Assembly: GCA_973895155.1 (NCBI GenBank)
Contig: OZ316899.1
Span: 9,422,287 to 9,486,286 of the forward strand
DNA length: 64,000 nt
DNA from: Marsupella aquatica
Taxonomy: Eukaryota; Plantae; Marchantiophyta
Reading direction: 5' to 3'
The position numbers and the translations under genes are program-made. Below, in pieces: positions 25,601-36,132 of this stretch (position 1 is the first letter of the stretch; each line of letters starts with the position of its first letter). The notes beneath the pieces are model-generated. The model was not told the origin of the DNA, made no database searches, and was given only the letters and a program-made list of their open reading frames with translations.

Positions 25601-26996
25601 ACTACAATTTGCAATTCCATTTCCTCTTTCCCAAATTTCAACAATGGAATGAAATTGAGATTCAACACCCAAAATATAATTGCAACCTTGTGCTTACCAA
25701 CAAGAAATTATACCACTAGAATCTTGCAATATGTCAAAGAATTCTATGGAGAAACTCTTATTCCAACCACTCAGCATCGATGGTGCCAACTACTTGTCCT
25801 GGACGCTCGATGCTGAAGCTCACCTAACTTCAAAGAATCTACAGGATACAGTAATAACTGACAATGGCCAAACACTTCAGCAAAAAGCGCAGGCATTGAT
25901 ACTAATTCGACACCATTTGAGTTACTCCTTGAAGCGACAGTACATGAACGAATATAATCCGAGAGTCCTTTGGGACGCACTTCAATCACGCTTCCACCAC
26001 ACGCGTACCATACACCTGCCTGCGGCCAGACACGATTGGATAAATCTCCGGGTCCAGGACCATAAAACAATCGCGGATTACAATTGCGAATTATTTCGGA
26101 TTGTATCCCAATTGGCCATATGTGGCCACCCCGTTAATGATGACGAACAGATTGAGAAAACGGTCCAAATATTGGCAACAATGTTCACTACAACAGTCCT
26201 TAGTGTTTATCAACAACACATCTTGACGTGCCAAAGATGTGTCTCTTCTAGATGTCTGGGAAGATGGACTCTTTCTTTTCCTACTTTAATGGATGTAGGA
26301 CCGCTTGCCACTTGTTGGAGATGTGTTCCCTCCCACAACTTGCCTGATGTTGTGGAAAGACAACAAGTTGCCATCCTTGGCAATGAGTTGGTCCATCGAC
26401 CAAGCTTTTAAGCAATCTCTATGCTTCAGATGATCTATGGTAGCTCCCTCGACAAAATCATTGATCAGAATTCCCACATGTGTATTCCCAAGGGTGACAT
26501 CCCCAAGCTTCACTATAGGATCTAGAACATGTATAGTTGCCACTGCAAAAATCAACTTGTTCTCATCCACCACCTTTACAGGCATGCCCATCCACAAGGA
26601 CTTTGGTAAAACTACTTCCACACCAGACTGACTCTCATTATGGTTGTTTCCATCAGAATTTTGATTGACTAGATCTTGATCATCACCAACATTGCCAAAC
26701 ACATCCTCCAATTCCATGGGAGCTCAAAAAAGCTGATTCCTTTCCCATACAAGGTAACCCCCAATCATGTCCTTCAAAAGTTTGCCATCTTCGCATAGAA
26801 TGGTCTTGTCAAAAACTTCCTCCAATAGAAGAAGAACTCTGTCCGCCCCAAGAGGAACATTGTGACAAACCCTGGAAGGATCAAGACTTATCACGCGACC
26901 TTTTCCAACCTGTTTCTCACATATGCCCATAATAACTTGTTTGCCTTCCCTGATCCAGACTGTCGATGTCACCATAATAATTATGATCCTACACAT
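22696..26996 (-). pseudogene. DUF7869 / Sola-like DDE transposase with two N-terminal Tnp1/En/Spm-like domains; interrupted by a copia element
   Basis: FSKCTTC, CLIHDKMDHSKT..P, LQLDNCASDNKN and VVGHTHEDVD are hallmarks of this family. Removing the copia restores KDCCSEHCCQYLDRNLAMEIRQKWW. Confidence 0.8.
25232..26160 (+). mobile_element. gag: Bianca-lineage Ty1/copia remnant: 158-bp 5' LTR, PBS, partial gag; 5-bp TSD CGGTC
   Basis: LTR TGTTGTAA...TTACAACA (25232-25389); PBS CGTTATCAGCACG (25390-25402); gag NYLSWTLDAEAHL, ALILIRHHL, ARHDWINLRVQD. CGGTC at 25227-25231 and 26161-26165. Confidence 0.92.
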
Positions 26997-27004
26997 CAGA
27001 GAAT

Positions 27005-27780
27005 ATCACTATAAGCGTACAGTCCTGTCACGTCCGTCAACTTCAGTGCACTGTCCTGTCACGTCGGTCAACAAGCAGAATGTAGTCAATGCACTGCACT
27101 GCACTATCCTGTCACGTCGGTCAACAAGCAGAATGTAGTCAATGCACTGCACTGCACGCGGCTGGTCACGTGACCCTAGAGGTACCACACATACCGGCAA
27201 CAGACTATGCATGGTCCGTCAGTCATTTCAAGTGAATGAGAATGACCACAATCGATTACAATCAATCATTTCACATCCACTCAGAACAAATGAGTGGACA
27301 GTACTAGTTTACCAATGAGTGGACACTGGACAATCAGTAACTACTGAGGACTATAATTCTAATAAGCGCCAGTAAAACGTCCGTGAACTGCATTGTCGTG
27401 TCACGACTGTCAATAAGTAAGCATAATGTAGTCAATGCACTGCCCTGCACGTGACTAATCGCGTGACCTTAGTTAGAGGGTGTAGGGATAATAGGGTCTA
27501 CGACATAGAAGCTAGAAGCCTAGGCCTAAACTGTAGCTTGTACTTGGTACTTCATAAGTAAGATACAATTGCGCGTGAGACAGTAAGATACAATTACGGA
27601 TCTGAAGGCATCACACATACCGGTAACAGATTATGCATGGTCCGTCAGTCATTTCAAGTGAATGAGAACGACTACAATCAATTACAAACAATCATTTCAA
27701 CTCCACTCAAAAAAAATGAGTGGACAGTACCAGTTTACCAATGAGTGGACATCGGACAGTCAGTAACTACTGACCCTCAT
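27005..27780. repeat. ~420-bp imperfect duplication upstream of the Sola-like gene, with motif B variants
   Basis: cacacataccgg.aacaga.tatgcatggtccgtcagtcatttcaagtgaatgag at ~27186 and ~27612; cacgcggctggtcacgtg at ~27155 and cacgtgactaatcgcgtg at ~27448. Confidence 0.85.
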
Positions 27781-28088
27781 AAGCAATCTCAGTACTTCAC
27801 TAGCAATCAGTATTCCCGGGGCGGTCGCCAAACGTGAAATTAAAGCCATAATTAGAGGACAACTGAACTTCCCGCCAATTCTCATACGCGCCAGTCAAAC
27901 GTGCACTTTCTTCTAGAAACCACTATGTACAATGACTAGTGGAGACTAAATAGTATAAAGCATTGAGATGATCCCTACTGCTCATTCCCCCACGCATTCC
28001 ACTTTCTGGCTACTGGATAATCTATTCGCACATCAGCTCTCTCATTTCCAATTCTTAGTCTCGGTCCGCATCTCTTGTTTGAAGGGCG

Positions 28089-28630
28089 ATGACTACTCCG
28101 CTGAGCTCGAAGAATGAGGATGTTCCAACGGACGATTCAGAAGATTCAACGTATCAAATTTGTGGTACTCCTTACAAAATGTGTCAGCGATGTAATATAA
28201 TGTTTATGGTGACTAAATCGGGTCAAATGTTTTGTGAGAGACGACATTGTTCACCACATTTATCGATGGAAGATCAGATGGAGAGCAATCCGACAAAGAT
28301 GACTACAAAGATGGCATCAGGGGAGAAGTTAAAGGGCAAAGCCCTTGTTGAATCCATTTCAGGGGGGAGAAGTTGAAGGCCAAAGCATGCGTCGAATCCA
28401 TTTCGGGGGAAGCAGTAGCAGACGCTAAGACAATCAAGAAGGAGGCCAAGAAAGTGGACGCACCGAAGAAAAGGCAATTAGAGATGAACAAAGATTTTGA
28501 TTTGTATTACAGAAAGAGCAAGCCAAGAAAATCTATGGACGTTAGGACTTGGGCAAAGGAAGAATTCCTTGATTCAAGGGAATCCACACCAGACACCGAT
28601 GAGTGGATGCCTTCATCTTGGAATGACTGA
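28089..28630 (+). pseudogene. Small unknown ORF with a Cys cluster and an internal 39-bp duplication, frameshifted
   Basis: CGTPYKMCQRC...CERRHC; GEKLKGKALVESISG is followed by a second copy in a shifted frame. TATA-like tataaa at ~27954. Confidence 0.35.
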
Positions 28631-28874
28631 CTCGATCAAAGTCTACAATATTTTGAGTAGTCAAAGATTAGAACTACAGATTCAAGAGTAGTTCAAGTTA
28701 GAACTTGTTATAGATACTATGTAGCTTAATTTTGTCCCGTGGAAAATAGTGTTCAAAAGACCAGGTCAGTTAAATTCCTGGATAGTGCTAGTGGATATGG
28801 ATTCCACATCCGAAGTCCTTCGAGATCGATGTAACCTTTTTTGCAATCAAGGAAAAATCATCCACGAGATTCCT

Positions 28875-29915
28875 CTGACCTCTAAAACATTAACATGACC
28901 GGGGGCATGATGAAACAAAGACGTTGGTTTTAAAATAGATTTCTGGCCAATTCGCCAGGCTGTCGACTACAATAAACAATATCAAAAAGACCTGAGATAA
29001 ATTGGTTCACAGAACTGTGCGCGTGACGAACTACATGTGTAACCAAAAAAACAGGTCATCCTACTAACAAGTTGAGATTAGGCAGATCTGAGAAATAAAG
29101 GGCAATTACGTCTAAGAGTGCAGAGCTTTTGCTGATCTCTAAAACATTAACGCGACCGGGCGTGTGATGAAACAAAGACGTTGGTTTTAAAATAGACTGC
29201 TGGCCAATTTGCTAGGTTGTCGACTACAATAAACAATATTAAAAGACACAAGATAAATTGGTTAACGCGACTGTGCGCGTGATGAACTACATGTGTAACC
29301 AAAAAAAAGGTCATCCTACTAACAAGTTGAGATCAAACAGATCTGAGAAATAAAGGGCGATTACGTCTAAGAGTGCAGAGCTTTCGCTGACCTCTAAAAC
29401 ATTAACGCGACCAGGCGCGTGATGAAACAAAGACCTCGGTTTTAAAATAGATTGCTGGCCAATTTGCTAGGCTGTCGACTACAATAAACAATATCAAAAA
29501 AACCTGAGATAAATTGGTTCACGCGACTATGCGCGTGATGAACTACATGTGTAACCAAAAAATCAGGTCATCCTACTAACAAGTTGAGATCAGGCAGATC
29601 TGAGAAATAAAGGGCGATTACGTCTACAAGTGCGAAGCTTTCGCTGACCTCTAAAACATTAATGCGACCGGGCGCGTGATGATACGAAGACTTTGGTTTT
29701 AGAATAGATTTCTGGCCAATTTGCTAGGCTATCAACTACAATAAACAATATCAAAAGACCTGAGATAAATTGGTTCACGCGACTGTGCGCGTGATGAACT
29801 ACATGTGTAACCAAAAAATCAGGTCATCCTACTAACAAGTTGAGATCAGTTTGATCTGAGAAATGGACCTCAATTATGTTTTGTTTTGCTAGGCCGTCGA
29901 CTACAATAAACAATA
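28875..29915. repeat. ~256-bp tandem repeat (about 4 copies), two motif B palindromes per unit
   Basis: ctga.ctctaaaacattaa at 28875, 29132, 29387 and 29644. Each unit carries variants of acgcgaccgggcgcgt and acgcgactgtgcgcgt. Confidence 0.95.
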
Positions 29916-30119
29916 CCAAAATGTACGGACAACTATAATTGAACGCCATACAAATTTAGACTAGAGAATTCATTCGGATCCTCTACAAGTACTTCTGATA
30001 CATTGCATCTGTATTGGACTTGAAACACGGATTGATCAAAATTGGAGTGAGAAATTGGACCATAACTTCATTGACTCAATTCATGCATTGAATGCGTGAT
30101 TTAAGGCAACTACTCTCCT

Positions 30120-32477
30120 CATTTATTGCGGAATTAATGCTGATTGATACTTACAAGTTATGCAGTTGCGTGTGGTCTCAGCGATGTTGGCGGCAACCCT
30201 CCTCCCAGCCAAGCCTCTTCCTTCCAGCGTAGCCTCCTCCTCGTCCCAGCCAACTAAGCCTCCTCCTTCGAACTCCAATTTCCTTGAGTATCGTGACCGA
30301 ATCCCACCACCAGAGAATGACAACTTGTTGATCGTATTGAGATCAAGATCCTTGACCAGACAGTGATTTCAGAATAGCCGCTCTTTGTTGGTCCGCTAGA
30401 ATGCTTCGATGAATGAGGCAGACTATGGAGGTTCTAAATCTTTGTTGTCTCGCTTCATCGCAACTCTCTCTCGCTTGATCGGATGTGCCCTCTCCAAGAA
30501 GGTGATACAACAAGAACTGGGCCAGCGTTGTTTGAATGAGCTCCGCCTCTGACTGGAATAGTCGAATGATCCAATCTGCTCCACCTCAAATGTGCCTTGG
30601 ATCAGCCTCCGCTGAGAGCCCAGCTAGTATCCTGGTCAGGAAACTGAAAATGAAGAATGATCCGTGAGCAATGAGATTAGTCTACTGCCTCCATGAAGGA
30701 TGTGTTCATCTGGACTCAATTTTGATTTTGAAAATTGGTTGAGTCTCCACTCATGAGAATCATTGTACAAGATTGATTTTGAATATTGGTTCTTCTCGAC
30801 CGTGAGAATCGTTTTACGTTGTTTAGAGTTTCGGTTTGAATGGGGAAGATAGAGAGTGGAGTACGGATCCGGATTTGACGGTCTCCACTACCAAAATGGA
30901 ATGATTTTGAAGTTTGCCTGCACTACATGATGGAACAATCGTGAGAAAGTTGTCGTTCGTTCACATTTTGGATTTGAATTGGCAGATATAGTGAAGATAC
31001 GGATCCGGGGGTCCCCACTAATAATCTTTCGCAATTGCATAATTACCGGTTTAAATTTCAAATTGGCGATCAAATAGAAATCTCCTTTAGCATGGCAAAT
31101 CAAAAGGATTCCAATAATCGTTTTTTCACGATTGCATAGTTTGTTGAGTCAATGGTGGAGTGTACAAAGATCATCTGGAACCTTCCTGTCGCTAGGCTGT
31201 TATTAGGGTTATGCTAAAACGATACCCTAATTAGTCCTTCCTTAGTGTCGGCGCCCACGGTCTCAAGTTCACTGTTCATTGTTGTTGTTTCTCGCGCGCC
31301 TACTCTCGTCGCTCTTGCTCTTGTTGCTCTTGCTCTTATCGCTCTTGCTCTTGTCGCTCTTGCTCTTGTCGCTCTCGCTCTCGTCGCTCTTGCTCCTGCC
31401 CTGGATTTCATTTTCGTCGTTGCAGCTCGTTTGTTGTGGTCAGGTGCTTGTCGGCGCGTTGCAGCTCTTAGTAGTTGTCGATTGTTTCCACCAAGAGCTC
31501 GTTGGCGTGGGGTATTTACAAACGACAGGAAATAGCAAACAGTAACAGGAAATGAGTGGTAATTTTTTTGAAATTTTTTTTTGAAATTTTTTTTTGGAAA
31601 AAAAAGTTTTTTTTTTTTTCGTAATTTTTTTTTTTTTGCTAGCGCCCAAAGCTAGCCAAAAATGTTATAATTTAATTTTTTTTGGAAAATTTGACATTTT
31701 AGAAAATATTTTGACATTGTTATTTTTCCTGGTAACAGGAAAATTTTTACTGGTACCAGTAAACCTGTTTCCTGTTTACTGTCACGCATGCCATACCCGT
31801 TGGCGTGTTGCAGCTCTTAGTAGTTGTCGATTGTTTTGACCAGGAGCTCGTTGGCGCGTTGCAGCTCGCATTTACAGCTCGTATTCACTTCTAGTTTGCT
31901 CGAAGGGATTCTTAGGAGCTCGTTGGGTTTGTTGCAGCTAGTTTTTTTGGAGTGCTCGTATAAGCTCGTGTCAGCCAATTTTAAGCTCATATCAGCTCGA
32001 TCAACGGGTTTCAGCAGCTTGAACTACTTTTTGGTAGCTTGTTTCAGCTCCTTTCATTCATCATTCAGGTTTGTTTCAGCTCTTTCTATCTTTAGGTTTA
32101 GTGCGCTTTTATTCATGCTCAGTTTGTCTATCGACAGCTTTGATTGTACTTCTGGAAGAGTCTTTTTAACTCGACATAATGAGTTCCTTAGCATTAAGCA
32201 CATGTTATTCAATTGGCAGCAGCAAAGCTCTATGTATAGAAGTATAGAAGCTGTGTTGTTGTTGCTTAGCATATTAATATCTTCAATATATCTTATATTT
32301 ACTTTTTGGAATGCCACAGCAAGGTCTTCAAGTGCTTGGACGTCAATCTCTCAGACGATTACATCAATTTTTCAGAATTCAGGTGCAATTTCTACATTTT
32401 TTGCTGGTGTTGATTGTTGTTTGCTAAAATTTCTCTTTATTGTTAAGCTGAGTTTTCATAATGCAGTTTGTCTGTAA
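30120..32477 (-). pseudogene. Degenerate coiled-coil / low-complexity protein (15-bp EQERQ repeats), interrupted by a MITE
   Basis: 31300-31400 reads QEQERRERERQEQERQEQER on the minus strand; flanks are E/L/K/Q-rich with many stops. Confidence 0.4.
31510..31798. mobile_element. 289-bp non-autonomous Mutator-type element with 9-bp TSD GTTGGCGTG
   Basis: gttggcgtg at 31501-31509 and 31799-31807; termini GGGTAT...ATACCC; inverted ACAGGAAA subterminal motifs; T-rich core. Confidence 0.9.
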
Positions 32478-32881
32478 ACTCAAATATGTCTGAATCATAC
32501 AAACTCACTAATTAAAATACAACCTGAATCGTCTTAAGTAAGTCATTACAAACCTGCACGCTATGAATTTAATCATATAAACTCTCATGTTATGTGAATC
32601 TCATCACACTGAGTCCTTTAATTGACGAATACAACCAGTAGACTGCTAAATTGAATCATCTTAACTGAATCATTCTCTAAACTGAATTCCTTGCAATATG
32701 AAAACTTCTGATATATAATAGTTTCACAATGACAGAGCTCAAACATCTGAATTATTGTAAAGTTCATGAATGAATACAAATGAATGAAATCATGCTTACT
32801 CGGATTTCCCTGTCCGTACGGGTCAGTAATCACAGTTGTATCACTGTATTATCCTAGTGTCCAAAAGTTGTTTGAGCTGTT

Positions 32882-34268
32882 GACACGACCAGTCGCGTGA
32901 GAAGATTGTGAGGTTCCATTTAGGATTAGTTGACGCGACCAGTCGCATCTGAGGTAGCTCTCTCATTGACTGGTTCTGTTAGAGGAGGTAAGGTTCCATT
33001 TAGGTTTAGTTGACGCGACCAGTCGCGTGTGAGAAAGAAACAGGGTAGATTTACTGAGCGCGTACCATATCCAAATCTCCACAAGGAAGGTTCAGTGGAT
33101 ATAGTTGTTTAGGTTCAGTTGACGCGACCAGTCGCGTCTGAGGTAGCTCTCTCATTGAATGGTTATGTTAGAGGAGGTAAGGTTCCTTTTAGGACCAGTT
33201 GACGTGACCAGTCGCGTGTGAGAAGGAAACAGGATAGATTTACTGAGCGCGTACCATATCCAAATCTCCACAAGGAAGGTTCAGTGGATATAGTTGCTTA
33301 GGTTCAGTTGATGCGACCAGTTGCGTCTGAGGTAGCTCTCTCATTGAATGGTTATGTTAGAGGAGGTAAGGTTCCTTTTAGGACCAGTTGAAGCGACCAG
33401 TCGCGTGTGAGAATGAAACAGGATAGATTATTGAGCGCGTACCATATCCAAATCTCCACAAGGAAGGTTCAGTGGATATAGTTATTTATGTTTAGTTGAC
33501 GCAACCAGTCGCGTCTGACGTAGATCACTCATGACTGGTTTTGTTAGAGGAGGTAATGTTCCATTTAGGATCAGTTGACGCGACCAGTCGCGTCTGAGGA
33601 AACTCTCTCATTGACTGGTTCTGTTAGAGGAGGTAGGGTTCCATTTGGGATCAGTTGACGCGACCAGTCGCGTGTGAGAAGGAAACTGGATAGATTATTG
33701 AGCGCATACCATATCCAAATCTCCACAAGGAAGGTTCAGTGGACATAGTTGTTTATGTTCAATTGACGCGACCAGTCGTGTCTGACATAGATCACTCATT
33801 GACTGGTTTTGTTAGAGGAGGTAACGTTCCATTTAGGATCAGTTGACACGACTAGTCGCGTCTGAGGTAGCTCTCTCATTGACTGGTTTTGTTAGAGGAG
33901 GTAAGGTTCCATTTGGGATCAGTTGATGCGACCAGTCGCGTGTGAGAAGGAAACAGGATAGATTATTGAGCGCGTACCATATCCAAATCTCCACAAGGAA
34001 GGTTCAGTGGATATAGTTGTTTATGTTCAGTTGACGCGACCAGACGCGTCTGACATAGATCACTCATTGACTGGTTCTGTTAGAGAAGGTAACGTTCCAT
34101 TTAGGATCAGTTGATGCGACCAGTCGCGTTTGAGGTAGCTCTCTCATTGACTGGTTCTATTAGAGGACGAAGCAACATTTATGATTTGTCACGTTGTGAC
34201 CCAAAAAAATCACAATCTCCCAAAGAATTGTTTATACATTCTCATTTGTAGACGCGACCAGTCGCATG
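32882..34268. repeat. Composite tandem array with 16 copies of palindrome GACGCGAC-CA-GTCGCGTS (motif B), mostly ~80 and ~109 bp apart
   Basis: Copies at ~32882, 32932, 33012, 33121, 33201, 33310, 33390, 33498, 33577, 33657, 33765, 33845, 33925, 34033, 34113 and 34251. Confidence 0.95.
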
Positions 34269-34308
34269 AAAATCATCCCTGGGATATATCATTTGGCTGA
34301 AAAGAGTC

Positions 34309-36056
34309 ATGGGGAAACCTGGTCTGGAGAGCTTCAGATATCTATGCCCAATATTTGACATTTTGGACAGAAGTCAAGATGGTCTACTGGCAGGATATTC
34401 TGTATTTGTTGAAACACTACTACTTGGACTTCCAGATTTGATTGTCGCGGAATTGATATGGCCTCGGATCAAGGAGTTGTTGAATTCCTCGACTAATGCA
34501 GGAAATTTCTCAATAAAGGAATTGAATGAGTTTGTAGGACTATCTTTGGTGTGTCGCAGATGGCGCCACCTTGTTGGAAATACATATCTTCTGGGTATAA
34601 TCAAGTTGAGTTTATTAGATTTGGCTTTCCCAGGAAATCCTACTAAACCGATCCGAAATGAGTCTCTCTCATCGATAGTTCAAGGTTTCTTCCAGAAATA
34701 CCCAAGAATTAAATTCATGGGGTCAATGTCCAGAGATCTTAGGGAACTCTTCACGAAGACTTACGATGCTCTTCACCCTCTTGAAAAATGGAAATTTACA
34801 GTCAGATGCCACAAAGTTGGATACCTTGAGGCTGACATCTACGCTTTTAAGGAATGCTAGTTAACTTACGCGACCGGGCGCGTCGTATGTCTTCTAACAA
34901 TGTTTTGTGATATGATAAAAGCAGGATGAGCTAACTTTTGAATGAGGCTCAAGATTTCCTTTCATCTCATGAAAGGAAATAGAAAACAATATGGGATACG
35001 CTGGATGAAACCTCCTCTAGTCTCATTGGAGGAATACCAGATGTTTTGGTCATTTCAAACATTTGGCCAATACTCTACAAACACTTTATTTCAATTGAAG
35101 GATTGCGTCGATATCGACACCCCGATAACGATTTGGTTATCGATAGGGTCTGAGACCTTATTCGGCTTGGAGCTTGTAGCAAGAAGTGGAACTTTTTAGT
35201 TACAAATACAAGGTTATGGGCTATCCTCAAACGAGCAAACCGGATTGTCGATGACGCAAATGAAGCACTTTACTACATACCCGAAACTGACGAGTTGGAG
35301 TTTGACTCAGTCTGTCGAGTTATTCGAAAGGATATTTTTATGTTTCCAGAAATATCTGTTCTTGGGACTACTACTTCTGACAAAATTGCATTGTTTACGA
35401 ACAAATATAACTATTTAGATGAGGAAGAACGAGATGTTCTAATCAAAAGGTTTGGTAGATTTTCTCAGAATCTAGGTGGTCCCAGTTCTTAATGGATAGG
35501 TTCTTGTTCTTAATCTTTTCCATATTATGTTGCAGTCCTTTGACATTAATCAAAAATCTCATCGTCAAATGATGATGGAGCGCATTGCACGGGCAAAGGT
35601 TATGACCCGAAACATGATATGGAGTCAAGCTGAAGACCTAATACCCGGTCTTCCGGACGATATTGTCGAGAAATATATTTGGCCATTAGTCAAAGAGTTT
35701 TTCCACTCTCTTGGGAATTTGTCGGATAATGCGATTAAAAATCGGGTCATGGACTTGATCGCCATTTGAACAGTCAGTAAGAAGTGGTGCCACATAGTTC
35801 CTTATAGTAGTACTTGGGCGACGGTCACCTTGGTAGCTTACGACTTCACTAATAGACCAGGATATGAATCGCTTTGAAGGAATTTGACTTCACGGAGTGT
35901 AGCATTCAGATTTACAGAATCCATCGGAACTCTCCCGCCGCTGGACATTCTGGGTGGATTTGAAGGATTTGAACTTGACACGTTTAGGAACCTTTGGTTT
36001 TGGTTAGATGAAGATGAGCGAAAGGACTGGGTCAGGATAAACGTTCCTAAAATGTA
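34309..36056 (+). pseudogene. Three tandem F-box-like ORFs/exons
   Basis: LLLGLPDLIVAELIWP..LSLVCRRWRHLV; LIGGIPDVLVISNIWP..ACSKKWNFLV; LIPGLPDDIVEKYIWP..VSKKWCHIV. Confidence 0.75.
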
Positions 36057-36132
36057 ATTTGGCACGACACAACCATGCGCGTGTTAGTATTTTATAATAA
36101 ATGTTTAACTTTTAATATTTGTTTGTTTCATA

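Noticed and set aside
31214-31545. ORFs RARATRARA.. and LALVALALV.. as real proteins
   Set aside because: They are alternative frames of a 15-bp repeat; the EQERQ frame is more plausible.
32882-34268. CRISPR array (palindromic repeats at regular spacing)
   Set aside because: Spacers are themselves repeated (2-3 types) and too long, there are no cas genes, and the context is eukaryotic.
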